DNA of 64,000 bases from a virus, in IMG/VR virus record IMGVR_UViG_3300005529_000029, positions 11,240 through 75,239 of that record. The stretch is one strand, 5' to 3'. Under the pieces are notes generated by a model, which was not told the origin of the DNA, searched no databases, and was given only the letters and a program-made list of their open reading frames with translations. This document shows positions 10,608 through 20,307 of this stretch, one piece after another (positions within the stretch are counted from its first letter, which is position 1; each line of letters begins with the position of its first letter). Made by a program: the position numbers and the translations under genes.

Positions 10608-12293
10608 TTACTCCTTTTCGTTTGATGGAACCGACCGGAGGCCGGCTTTATTACGCTGTTGCTGAGCTCGAGCGTAAATGGTTGACCCGCCAGGGGTGAG
10701 CGAGTGAAGATGAGCTATTCGCTCCTCGTCAATTTCTTCAGAAGTGTCTGCACTCGAGAGTTTTTCATGCTTCTTCGGATCAAAACTCTGGTCCGTCAGA
10801 CCATGTTTTGGTGCAGATTCGAATGCGGCTTTAAGAACGTCGACGCGCTTGCCTTCAGGAAGAGGCATTAACTCATCGGCGGCGGCGGCAAAGAAATAAC
10901 TCTGTGCAACTGGGCCAAGATCTGCAAAGTTCTCTGCCTTCTTATCGCCTCGATCGCCACGTGCATCCTGGGCTGGGAAAATCTTCTGAGCATGGATCAA
11001 ATCTTCTGCCCATCGATCTGCCTCAGAGATAAATCGCTTCTCAGTATCAGCCGAGAGAACTGGCTTGCGCTTGAGTTGCGCATTTTCTTTTTCGAGTTCT
11101 ACAACTCGCAAGTTCGCCAAATTAGCGCTGGCGGTAAGTTCGGCAATCTTCTTATCCTTCTCTGCCGATTCTGCTGAAGGCGCATTCACTATTTCAGTTG
11201 CCGCGGCCTCACCTGATGCTATTTGATCCACATCATCAAAATTCTTGAGATAGGCCATCAACCTTTCCCACTTTGAGGGCTTAGATTCTTTTGTCATTGT
11301 TTTGACTCCTTTACGATTTGCATTCCCCTTCTCAGTATTGACAGCAACCGAACTAGATTCAGGATGGTCAGAACTTTTTACAGTTGGCACACTTGAATGC
11401 CTGATTGAATAAGTAGGTTTACTTGACGTATCTGAATTCTTGGCTTTATCGATTAACTCGTCCAGAAGAGTTTCAAAGGATCCAAGTCGATCAGCCATTC
11501 CTGCATTAATAGCTTCTTGGCCGACCTTCAGGCCGCCACCGCCAAAGTTATCGATTACGTCTTCAGAAGAGACTCCACGATTCTTGGCCACCGTATCGAC
11601 AAATACCTGTGCCATTGAATCAGCAAGTTCCTGCCAGGCCTTACGTCCCTTTTCTGAATCCGGAGTTAGTCTCTTATTTGGTGATTGACTGGAAATTATT
11701 TCCTTGCGCTGGATACCATTTGCAGCATCACGTTTCTTCGTATCTGTATAGAGTAATGCCACACCAATTGAGCCAAGTAATGCTGTGTCATTCGTGATAA
11801 TCTCGCTTGCTGCGCTGGCAATCCAATACGCGGCAGAAGCTGCCATTCCATCAATATAGGCATAGACTGGTTTTGAACCGCGAGTGTCATAAACCATCTT
11901 GGCAAATTCGCTAATGCCATTTGCCTCACCACCTGGAGAATCAAAACTAATCAGAATACATTTGCACTCTTCATCATCTACAAGTGCTTTATAATCTTCA
12001 GCGATCTTTTGGAGCGATGTCATCCCACTGATTTCATCAAACATATCCGCCCGACGAACGATTGGGCCATTGATCGACATCACACCAACACCATCGATGA
12101 TAGACGCTTTGCCATCCCCAACAGGCTTTCCAGATCGAAGCGCTATCGCGGCAGGTTTCGAGTCTCGTAACTCTTTAATCCGCTTTGCTTCATCAAGATC
12201 GAAGTTTTCACGAGTCGCAATATCACGAATCAGAGTCAAATATGGCTCGTAAATTAACCAGGGTGTATTGTCGATAAGTTCTAAAACTTTCAT
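10608..12293 (-). CDS. S49-family prohead protease fused to scaffold
   Basis: FDSPGG, MAASAAYWIASAA and GSIGV motifs; long charged C-terminal scaffold-like region. Confidence 0.93.
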   Translation of the reverse strand: MKVLELIDNTPWLIYEPYLTLIRDIATRENFDLDEAKRIKELRDSKPAAIALRSGKPVGDGKASIIDGVGVMSINGPIVRRADMFDEISGMTSLQKIAEDYKALVDDEECKCILISFDSPGGEANGISEFAKMVYDTRGSKPVYAYIDGMAASAAYWIASAASEIITNDTALLGSIGVALLYTDTKKRDAANGIQRKEIISSQSPNKRLTPDSEKGRKAWQELADSMAQVFVDTVAKNRGVSSEDVIDNFGGGGLKVGQEAINAGMADRLGSFETLLDELIDKAKNSDTSSKPTYSIRHSSVPTVKSSDHPESSSVAVNTEKGNANRKGVKTMTKESKPSKWERLMAYLKNFDDVDQIASGEAAATEIVNAPSAESAEKDKKIAELTASANLANLRVVELEKENAQLKRKPVLSADTEKRFISEADRWAEDLIHAQKIFPAQDARGDRGDKKAENFADLGPVAQSYFFAAAADELMPLPEGKRVDVLKAAFESAPKHGLTDQSFDPKKHEKLSSADTSEEIDEERIAHLHSLTPGGSTIYARAQQQRNKAGLRSVPSNEKE

Positions 12294-13768
12294 GCGGCAA
12301 TCTCCCCTTCATCTGAATTTGGCGACTTCTGCGGGCTTGGAGTTTCAGCAGGATTTTGATTTTGAGTTGTAGTTTCTTGAATCGTGATACTGGCTGGTTT
12401 ACGATCAGTCAGATCGCGCGGCTCAAGACCCATCTTGGCATCGAGTTCTGGTAACTGAGCTTCATCAACTGCACCCTGTCCAACAAGTTGCGCTACACCC
12501 TGAGCAATCTCATTGAAGTTCGGAATTGGCTTATCACCTAATGAACATTGAGGAAGGAACTCTTCGGCAACTGCATCCCCAAAGTTGTAAGCAACAGCAG
12601 GTCTAAAGATCGCCTGTTGAATCATCATTCCAATGGTTATCTTCAACCACCAGATTGCCAGCTCCCATATTGAAAGGTGTGTCTGTGAAGCTGCTCGAGC
12701 CTGACTTCGGCCTTCACGATTCGCAAGAGTCACGAACATAATTGCTTTCGCAATTTGCTCTGACACAAGATTCATTAGTGAGGTAAATACTTGTCCATCG
12801 TGCTTACTCTCAAGGAATTTGGCATCTGTTCCATGTGGAACTGCAAGAACCCTCGAGTTAGCCATCTGCATACCAGCAGAGGCGAGTTGCTGCTCAGGCG
12901 TCTGTACGATTGGAGTTATGCCATCAGCAGCATAGACAATATCGCCGTTCTGATTTCGTAACTCGACATCAAGAGCATCCTGCGCGGCAACTAGGATTAA
13001 TCCAGGAACTGCAGCAAACTGAGCAAACCGTAAACATTCAGGCCAGATCGAATTTTTGACATTCCAGGGATTAAACGCACTTCGAATCTGCGAGCGTCCA
13101 CGTGGATCATTATTATGAGGCTCAAAAGTAGCGATGAAGAATTTCTCTTTGGGTAATAGCTGCTGTTTATCGACAAACCCATTACCGAAGACTGGATACA
13201 TTCCCATTCCTACGCGGAATCCGAGAATGCCTACCAGATTCATAAAAGTGTCGACAACGAATGTCACACGTCGACGCTGGATAGGATTGATCGACTTGAG
13301 AACCAGCTTTGCCCGATCCGGACCAAAGCGAGGAATTTCCCAGGTAAGCTCAGCCACTTTATTGCCATGCGTGAATGCTTCAGTGAGTATCGTTTCGAGG
13401 ATTGTCACAAATGGTTGCTGAATCCTGGTTAATTGACGCGCACAAAAATCGCTAATCTGTTGAGCTCTCTTAAACTTCGGATCCTTGCTTCGGAACGTTG
13501 GACGGGCCTGAATTCCATCTGCCAGCGCTGTCTGAATCATCAACTTCACAGAGCTGGATACATCCGGATCAGTCATCATCAGGTCATAAACATCACGACC
13601 CATTAAGCGAGTCAGTTCATCGGCATTATGAGCGAGAGCTTGAGGAGAGAGATTGATAGACGAAAGCATTCCACTCACAACATAGTGCTGTTGTGGATTG
13701 GCTTTAGGTGTATTCCCATCGCCAATTCTATTTGGTGGATCCTGCTTCTTTACTGCTCTTTCAGTCAT
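12290..13768 (-). CDS. Portal protein (Mu gp29 / DUF935-like)
   Basis: 492 aa; YDLMMTDPDVSS, HGNKVAELTW and NDPRGRSQIR motifs; between terL and protease. Confidence 0.88.
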   Translation of the reverse strand: MTERAVKKQDPPNRIGDGNTPKANPQQHYVVSGMLSSINLSPQALAHNADELTRLMGRDVYDLMMTDPDVSSSVKLMIQTALADGIQARPTFRSKDPKFKRAQQISDFCARQLTRIQQPFVTILETILTEAFTHGNKVAELTWEIPRFGPDRAKLVLKSINPIQRRRVTFVVDTFMNLVGILGFRVGMGMYPVFGNGFVDKQQLLPKEKFFIATFEPHNNDPRGRSQIRSAFNPWNVKNSIWPECLRFAQFAAVPGLILVAAQDALDVELRNQNGDIVYAADGITPIVQTPEQQLASAGMQMANSRVLAVPHGTDAKFLESKHDGQVFTSLMNLVSEQIAKAIMFVTLANREGRSQARAASQTHLSIWELAIWWLKITIGMMIQQAIFRPAVAYNFGDAVAEEFLPQCSLGDKPIPNFNEIAQGVAQLVGQGAVDEAQLPELDAKMGLEPRDLTDRKPASITIQETTTQNQNPAETPSPQKSPNSDEGEIAA

Positions 13769-13779
13769 AAAATGGAAAT

Positions 13780-13805
13780 GGCTCGCTCAAATTAATGAGC
13801 GAGCC
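13780..13805 (-). promoter_or_regulatory. Perfect 10-bp RNA hairpin 11 nt upstream of the portal start
   Basis: GGCTCGCTCA (13780-13789) / TGAGCGAGCC (13796-13805) with a 6-nt loop. Confidence 0.6.
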
Positions 13806-13903
13806 GCATCAGTTCTCGCATTGTGACCGATTATGGTCTGCGCCGGATTAAGAAGACCTCAAGACTCACGATAACTTCCTGTGTACATTTACGGCAAATA
13901 ACT

Positions 13904-14137
13904 CTAAATGTCAACAGTATTTTGAGAAATATTTTCAGATTGGGCTTGAACTCCAGGTCTCCACTTGAGAAAACGTCGGCAGGATGTGCATTGAAATTTG
14001 AAGACAGTCCGGATTTTAACGGCGCCAATGATAAGAATTGTCGCTGAGGTAGCTCCAATAATCTCACCGCACCGCTTACACTTATAGACTGTGAACTCCA
14101 TTTCAATCGGTATAGGCATTGGATTAAATGGCACCAT
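13904..14137 (-). CDS. Small zinc-ribbon protein (Mu Com-like)
   Basis: 77 aa with CKRC...CTSC; overlaps the end of terL. Confidence 0.6.
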   Translation of the reverse strand: MVPFNPMPIPIEMEFTVYKCKRCGEIIGATSATILIIGAVKIRTVFKFQCTSCRRFLKWRPGVQAQSENISQNTVDI

Positions 14138-15776
14138 AGATCTTGAAGTTCTTTAGACTATCGCGTTCACCCGCGACCGCTGCACCGCCTGATCGCTTTG
14201 ATCGCTTCTCAAAATAAGCCTCTGCCTGACTATGAGCATCAACCTGATCGTTATTTGCTCCATTAGGAAACATCTCGTGTTCATGAATACACTCTTCAAC
14301 CCAGGAGTAGAGCTGGGGATGTGGCATAAAGACATCGCCCGCGGCAATCGTATATTCCATCGCGACAGCGCGATCTTCCTTTGAGCCAAGAGGATCAACT
14401 GCCATAATTCCAGTGAGTTTCTTTTTTAAGAGCTGAATAACTGCAACGCCATTCGCGCGTTCTTCAATCAATTTCACTCTTGCAGTTGGCCATTTCCTCG
14501 ATGTTTTAACGATGGCTCTGAGAGTTTCAGGTATATCCATTCGTTCGCGAATGACGTCAAGAAAGAACTTCTGACTTCCCTTACGACCTATCACAAGCCC
14601 GACAACGTATGAGGAGTCATTTAGATTCTTGAAAGAACAGTCCCATGTTTGAATGATCTCGTCAAAGGCAGATGGTAGAGTGATACAGGCATAATCTTTA
14701 TATGATCCATCTTCCTGTTGAACTTGAATTGATGGCATTGGCTGAGTCCTGGTCGTGTAGTATCGCCACCACCATCGCTTGAACATTCCACCGCCAATGG
14801 GAACGGGATCCTGTTGAAGCTGTCCAGCAGCGGCAAATGGACCCATCTCTTTCTCAAGAATCTTTGCTTCTGCTTCTGGAAATCGTTCTGGCGCTAAAAG
14901 CTCACCTTTCTCTGTACGAGGATCACTCCAGCCAATACACGTGACATGCTTCACAGGTTTGGGTACATATCTAAATGGTAGGCAGAGATGTTCCCAACCA
15001 CCTTGTTCAAGAACGTAACCCGATAGATCGTTTTGTCGACAGCGCTGCATGATCATTACGTCAACATCAGTAGCAGGATCGATCTTTCGGCTAACCCAGA
15101 CCTGGCGGTACCACTGAATAGCACTCTTAATCATCGTGTCATTAAGAGCATCTTTCATATTATGAGCATCATCGATCACTCGGCGATTGCCACCTTCGCC
15201 AGTTGCCGTTCCACTAACTGATGTCGCGATCCGATAGCCAGCGCGATTGTTCTTATAGTTACTCTTAATATTCTGATCACTAACCAGGTGATATAAGTGC
15301 CCCCATCGTCTCTGATACCATTCACTCTGGATAACAGCACGACAAGCAATATTGTCCCGAAGAGTTAGATCGCCAGAATATGCAGCAAAGAGCCAGCGTA
15401 AGGTTGGTTCATGGATCCACTCCCAAGCTGGCCAGAGAACCGAAACAATCGATGACTTACCATGTCGAACGGGGATATTGATTAAGAGTTTGCGAATCTG
15501 GCCTAATCGAATTGCTTCAAGATGTTCACAGATTGCTCCTATATGAATTCCATCTTTAAATGGCTGTCCAGGATTAATAATTGGCCATGCTTGTTTGACG
15601 AATTCATATAGAGAGACTTCCGCTTTAACTGTGTTCTCCGGATCGGGAGGTTCTGGTCGAGCAATCGATTTATATTCTTTGATCTGATTAGAATCCTTCA
15701 GTGCAAGTTTCTTCGCCTCACGCTGAAGCTTTAAGTCATCAACAAGTTTATTGTATTCCAGAGTGCCGTGTTCCAT
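14124..15776 (-). CDS. terL: Terminase large subunit
   Basis: Walker A INIPVRHGKS, Walker B RRVIDDAH, nuclease motifs QTWDCSFK and NDQVDA. Confidence 0.96.
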   Translation of the reverse strand: MEHGTLEYNKLVDDLKLQREAKKLALKDSNQIKEYKSIARPEPPDPENTVKAEVSLYEFVKQAWPIINPGQPFKDGIHIGAICEHLEAIRLGQIRKLLINIPVRHGKSSIVSVLWPAWEWIHEPTLRWLFAAYSGDLTLRDNIACRAVIQSEWYQRRWGHLYHLVSDQNIKSNYKNNRAGYRIATSVSGTATGEGGNRRVIDDAHNMKDALNDTMIKSAIQWYRQVWVSRKIDPATDVDVMIMQRCRQNDLSGYVLEQGGWEHLCLPFRYVPKPVKHVTCIGWSDPRTEKGELLAPERFPEAEAKILEKEMGPFAAAGQLQQDPVPIGGGMFKRWWWRYYTTRTQPMPSIQVQQEDGSYKDYACITLPSAFDEIIQTWDCSFKNLNDSSYVVGLVIGRKGSQKFFLDVIRERMDIPETLRAIVKTSRKWPTARVKLIEERANGVAVIQLLKKKLTGIMAVDPLGSKEDRAVAMEYTIAAGDVFMPHPQLYSWVEECIHEHEMFPNGANNDQVDAHSQAEAYFEKRSKRSGGAAVAGERDSLKNFKIYGAI

Positions 15777-15778
15777 TT

Positions 15779-16423
15779 CTAACCTATGCGCTCAACCATC
15801 TCGATCGTTTCTTCTTTGATTTTGGCTTCGATTAGATTGTCAGTATTCGCCTCTGGTAATTGCTTCTGCTTATTGAATGTCTGCTCTTTAACCAATTCCC
15901 AGCGCGCGCGAAGGACATCACCTTTTCCATAGCCGGCATCGATCAATGCTTGTACGGCTAATTTCAGTTCGATATTTTGATCCATTAATCGCTTGAGAGC
16001 CTCAAGCGCAATATTCACTGCACTCTGATTCTGATCGGCAATAGCCTGTCCATCAGGAGTAGTCTGGGCAATGAGAGTAGGCTTATCAACTCCAGTGAGT
16101 TTTGCTTCTCTTTCATCTAACTTAAGACAGAATTCGGCCGCTTTAAGATCGCCATCCATTGCCTTTGGAAAGTATCTTTTACGTAACTGATCATAGGAAT
16201 ATAAACGCTTAAGGCGAATCTTCTCAGCATTCTCCATCTGCTGTTCTTTTAAGCGCTTGAAGAGGATCCTTATATCGGTATTGATAACTGTCAAACTGAC
16301 CTTGAGAGCTTCTGCGATCTCGCGGGAGTTCATTCCAGCGATAAGAGACTGAGATACCTTTAGCCGTCTCCCCTCGACGGTTAAGAGTTTGCCAGGCTGT
16401 GCTGTTTCAAAAGTACCTATCAT
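15779..16423 (-). CDS. terS: Terminase small subunit (N-terminal HTH)
   Basis: GMNSREIAEALKVS HTH and REAKLTGVDKP motif; directly upstream of terL. Confidence 0.75.
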   Translation of the reverse strand: MIGTFETAQPGKLLTVEGRRLKVSQSLIAGMNSREIAEALKVSLTVINTDIRILFKRLKEQQMENAEKIRLKRLYSYDQLRKRYFPKAMDGDLKAAEFCLKLDEREAKLTGVDKPTLIAQTTPDGQAIADQNQSAVNIALEALKRLMDQNIELKLAVQALIDAGYGKGDVLRARWELVKEQTFNKQKQLPEANTDNLIEAKIKEETIEMVERIG

Positions 16424-16489
16424 TTATACTTAGCAGTCTTCTTCGGTTTCGCCCATATCAAAATCATTTGGATATTCTTTATGCATCAC

Positions 16490-17359
16490 TTAAGCCTTCG
16501 CTTTCTTTGGCTCTAACTGATTCACAAAACCAAGCTGATCAAGCTGGGTATGAATCTGTAACCAGTCCTCTTTGGAGTCTGGCATTCGGTTATGCGTCTC
16601 AAGGAACTCGCAATAGAGATGCGTTACATAGACCATGGCCATAAAGGCAGTCGAGGTATTGATGATCCGCATTGAATCCTTGGCTTCGATAATAGCTTTC
16701 GCAATTTCTGGAAACTGCTCTTTGGCTCCAATCAGATGTAACTTGGATCCATTGGTAATCTCCTTTAGGCAGCTCTTTAGAGACTCCAATTCCTTCGGCA
16801 GAAATAGCAGGTCAATCGACTGCATAACTAATGCTTGATCAGAGAACGCTTTGAGGTCGATTGGTTTGAAAGCCTCAAAATAAGTGTCATCAATTCCGGC
16901 ATATTGCTTGAGAGCAATGTCCTCAATCTCTTCCCAGATTTTCTTGAGCTGGCCAGGATCATCTTCACCGACGATCGAGTTATGCGAGATACGAATAGCA
17001 ATCTGTTGCTGTCGGGAAAGGTTTCTATTGGTATAGATATAGAAGTGGTACTTCTCTCCCGCTTCATGGCCTGCTCGAATGCGATGGTGTCCACTAAGGA
17101 CATAGATTTTGTTATCTTTATCGATCCAGCAAAGCGGCCAGGATGATGACGCTCCATCGGCTTTGATATTCGCTACGAGTTGCTGAAATTGCTGCTTCTT
17201 CATGAAACGTGGGTTATCTTCAGCAAAGATAAACTCCTCGAACGTGCCTACACCTAATCGAAAAGGTTTTTGGTACTTTTCGAATGTAATATTAAGAGGA
17301 ATCAGGCTACTTTTGAATTCGCTGAGCTCGGTGTCTTGCTCGCCCATTTTGACCACCAT
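16490..17359 (-). CDS. ParB/Srx-like N-terminal domain protein
   Basis: NPRFM...LVANIKADG...YVLSGHHRIRA motif. Confidence 0.85.
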   Translation of the reverse strand: MVVKMGEQDTELSEFKSSLIPLNITFEKYQKPFRLGVGTFEEFIFAEDNPRFMKKQQFQQLVANIKADGASSSWPLCWIDKDNKIYVLSGHHRIRAGHEAGEKYHFYIYTNRNLSRQQQIAIRISHNSIVGEDDPGQLKKIWEEIEDIALKQYAGIDDTYFEAFKPIDLKAFSDQALVMQSIDLLFLPKELESLKSCLKEITNGSKLHLIGAKEQFPEIAKAIIEAKDSMRIINTSTAFMAMVYVTHLYCEFLETHNRMPDSKEDWLQIHTQLDQLGFVNQLEPKKAKA

Positions 17360-17934
17360 TCTTGATAAAACTGCTTCATTCCCTTATTTGGCCAATCGGC
17401 ATAATAAGTGAGAGCACCTACTTCCCTTTTGATGCACTCCATATAACTTCGATATTTCATTGATGATTGGCGATGTGTCCAGGCGGTTGTGATTACACCA
17501 ACCGATTTTAGAAGGTTTGTCTTCTCCAACTCAGCGCGCATTTCATTGCTGAGAGCAATCATCGCGATTAACTTTGAGGCTAGTTCATGTGGTTTTGGCT
17601 CGATCGGAAAGTCTGATAGCAGATACCAGATTCGTTTATTAATGAAGTCATGACGAATCCGGCTCATCTCAATAAAGCCAAGAACTTTTCCATCGGCGAG
17701 AACGGCAAATCCTTGCTCGGCTGAGCAGAAGTCTATGTGCCTGGCAAGGAAGAGTCCCTTGTAATACTGAACATCTGCAGTACTAAAGACACCAGTGGGA
17801 TGTGAGTTTTGAAGGATTAACTTCTCAAGAGAAAAGTCGCCTGAACTGCCAATGATGATTTGCTTGTCATTAAAGACTGAGGCATTCTTGGCAATAAAAC
17901 TTCTGATATTCGCATTAATCGAGCTTGCAAACAT
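17302..17934 (-). CDS. ParB-associated DNA-modification protein (putative antirestriction methyltransferase / Mom-like), apparently internally shortened
   Basis: N-terminal MFASSIN...GSSGDFSLEK and C-terminal YLLSDFP...SKL...SMKYR motifs recall the family usually paired with ParB in phages. Confidence 0.55.
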   Translation of the reverse strand: MFASSINANIRSFIAKNASVFNDKQIIIGSSGDFSLEKLILQNSHPTGVFSTADVQYYKGLFLARHIDFCSAEQGFAVLADGKVLGFIEMSRIRHDFINKRIWYLLSDFPIEPKPHELASKLIAMIALSNEMRAELEKTNLLKSVGVITTAWTHRQSSMKYRSYMECIKREVGALTYYADWPNKGMKQFYQEWWSKWASKTPSSANSKVA

Positions 17935-17937
17935 TAC

Positions 17938-18324
17938 CTAATCATCGAACTTCGGTTTGTGGACTGGATAAATATGTCTCTTCTGATGACGCGGATAATC
18001 GCGCTTTAGATCTTCGATCTCTTGTTCCAGGGCCTTGATCTTCGCATCATCTCTTATGGATTTAATTAATAAGTCCTGAGCTCTCTGACGTTCTACCCGC
18101 TTCTCGTATCGGGACTTAATTAAAAGAAAGACGCCGGCAATGATTCCACCGAGGATCGTATTTAGGATTGTAATCAACCCGCGTTCAGTATCTCCGGAAA
18201 GAAGAAAAATAAGCGGTTTCCCCAGCTCACCAACAACTACGAAGAGAATCCAGGCGATGAAGGCGTCAAGTAGTGCTCGCATAGTTATTGGCGTCCTCTC
18301 TTGGCTAAATTGATTCTCAGGCAT
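17938..18324 (-). CDS. Membrane protein, holin-like
   Basis: Two hydrophobic segments followed by a charged coiled-coil tail. Confidence 0.5.
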   Translation of the reverse strand: MPENQFSQERTPITMRALLDAFIAWILFVVVGELGKPLIFLLSGDTERGLITILNTILGGIIAGVFLLIKSRYEKRVERQRAQDLLIKSIRDDAKIKALEQEIEDLKRDYPRHQKRHIYPVHKPKFDD

Positions 18325-18374
18325 TATGGACCTCCGTGCGGTCTTTCCAGGATTGCCCTCGATATTCTTATTAC

Positions 18375-18629
18375 TTATGCTTCCGGTTCAGGTTGAATAA
18401 TTGTCTCAGGGTGAGATTCTTCGATCACTGGCGCTGGACTGGACATAGAGTTGAGAATCTTTGCCTCGGCATCGATGACCGATTTACCGAGCGAAAGCAA
18501 TTCTTCTCTTGTCTGTCCTGTATGATCAAGAAGACGTTCCCAGATTTGCTCTAGTTTAACACCATCTTCATGGCTTTCTTCTAACCATTTCACCACCGCG
18601 GAAGAGTCGATTTGAAAATGTCCTGACAT
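18375..18629 (-). CDS. Hypothetical protein
   Basis: 84 aa with an AGGAG RBS. Confidence 0.7.
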   Translation of the reverse strand: MSGHFQIDSSAVVKWLEESHEDGVKLEQIWERLLDHTGQTREELLSLGKSVIDAEAKILNSMSSPAPVIEESHPETIIQPEPEA

Positions 18630-18650
18630 TGGTATTCTCCTTTTTAGAAA

Positions 18651-18681
18651 GGTGGGTGCAGGTTTTTAATCTGCACCCATT
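18651..18681 (-). terminator. Stem-loop, probable intrinsic terminator
   Basis: GGTGGGTGCAGG / TCTGCACCCATT arms, followed by a short U-run on the minus strand. Confidence 0.55.
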
Positions 18682-18704
18682 AGGTGCTCGTGCAGGGAAA
18701 AGAT

Positions 18705-19106
18705 TTAACTGACCTTTGGAGCCACTTGCTGTGACTGTAGTGCCTTCTGAAGATCAGTAACGGCACTCGTCAGTCGACTCAGAGTATCATTGATACTGGA
18801 TGACGGCTGCTGGTTCGAACCCCCATGATGTGTTCCACAAGTCGCACAGGCTCGATCATCAGAATGACGTACCAGATTCTGTGAGGATACAGTGATCGCT
18901 CCCGCAATGCCCGCCGTCGCCGTGGCCAGGATAACTTTCAGCGCATTATCGAAATCCAGTGATGAGTTATTCACCCGGTTGGATAACTTCATCCCATCGA
19001 TGCCCTGTTGTCGGCCATCGATATTATTCTCAAGAAACCTCTCTTGGGTTTCATCATCTTCGGCATTTGCCGCGGCTGTGGCATTTCCTATAACTCCATC
19101 TGACAT
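18705..19106 (-). CDS. Hypothetical protein
   Basis: 133 aa with an AAGGAG RBS. Confidence 0.7.
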   Translation of the reverse strand: MSDGVIGNATAAANAEDDETQERFLENNIDGRQQGIDGMKLSNRVNNSSLDFDNALKVILATATAGIAGAITVSSQNLVRHSDDRACATCGTHHGGSNQQPSSSINDTLSRLTSAVTDLQKALQSQQVAPKVS

Positions 19107-19257
19107 AATTAGCTCCTTTTAAACTTAACTTGGAAAACGTGAACGAACTTTGAAACTCAACGCTGTCATTGCCATAGCGGGCAAACTCACACCGATTTGG
19201 AAATTATCCAGCAGAATTCGAGTTAATAGTTTCCACCAAGTAATGACAGCGAAACTC

Positions 19258-19491
19258 TTATTGATTGGCTGCGATATTCGCTGCGATCTCTGCCTGATTT
19301 GCAATAAACGCCTTATGATCATCAGATAGATTGCCAAAGAACTGATTAACAATATCGGCCCAACTCATCTCAGGATTCTGAGACTTAAAGTGATTAATCA
19401 AGGCCGCAATACCACCAATGATGACGGGTGAATTCTGAAGAATCTCGAGGGTGATAGCCTCTCCAACTGGCATAGGTATATTAGAACTCAT
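19258..19491 (-). CDS. Hypothetical small protein (lysis cluster)
   Basis: 77 aa, overlaps the end of the upstream gene. Confidence 0.65.
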   Translation of the reverse strand: MSSNIPMPVGEAITLEILQNSPVIIGGIAALINHFKSQNPEMSWADIVNQFFGNLSDDHKAFIANQAEIAANIAANQ

Positions 19492-20302
19492 ATCCCTTAA
19501 CTCCTTCTATGCAGGATTTCCAATTAGATGGATCCGTAATATCAATGCATATTTCTATCGACGTTGGCAGTTGAGACTTCAACAAGGTGATAAGCGACTG
19601 AACTGTAGCCTGAGCTGAGGCGACAATTGTATGAAGTTGCTGATCTCCAATAGAGGCAAAAACAGGATCGTTAAAAAGTCCGGCAATTTGTTGGCCTAAA
19701 TTTAGAGCCTGAAGAATTGGTGGTCCTGTAAAGTTTGTATTATCGGTAATGATCTTCCCGGCCTGTTCTTCCAAGTCGATTGACTTGCCCCAGATCTCAT
19801 TAATAGCATTCGACTGAGAGTTAAGTTGCGCGATCTGGTCATGGCGCTGTTTATCAGTTAGAGTCTTATCGGCCTTAAGTTGCGCCAATTTTGTGCGATA
19901 GACATTCATGTAGGTATCCATCGCGGTACGACCGGAAAACCGAATATCATCCACATATTTCAGAGCCTTCTGTTGTGGGGTCTGCTGAACTTGCGTTGAT
20001 GGTTTTGGAGTTCCACATCCATATTGAGGGATTAAAATCATAGAGCATAATAGAAATACGAGAATGATCTTTGTGGCCTGGCCAAAGTTTCCTGGTGTTG
20101 GCGCATTTGGATCGTATGGTTCTTGGGCAGACGATCCATCAGGGTTATATGAATGTGCGATGATCGCTACGATTCCCTGAACGAACACAATCCCAAGCGC
20201 AATCCAGGGTTTTACTTTGTCTGACGCAATCGGAGTCGCCAGGTTTAGAAGATGAACGAGCAATGCACAAATCTGAATCAAAACATTTGTTTTTCGAGTC
20301 AT
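19481..20302 (-). CDS. Membrane protein with holin-like N-terminus and internal lipobox-like segment (spanin candidate)
   Basis: Two N-terminal TM segments ending ...HSYNPDG, then IILVFLLCSMILIPQYGC and a helical soluble domain. Confidence 0.5.
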   Translation of the reverse strand: MTRKTNVLIQICALLVHLLNLATPIASDKVKPWIALGIVFVQGIVAIIAHSYNPDGSSAQEPYDPNAPTPGNFGQATKIILVFLLCSMILIPQYGCGTPKPSTQVQQTPQQKALKYVDDIRFSGRTAMDTYMNVYRTKLAQLKADKTLTDKQRHDQIAQLNSQSNAINEIWGKSIDLEEQAGKIITDNTNFTGPPILQALNLGQQIAGLFNDPVFASIGDQQLHTIVASAQATVQSLITLLKSQLPTSIEICIDITDPSNWKSCIEGVKGYEF

Positions 20303-20307
20303 TTGAC

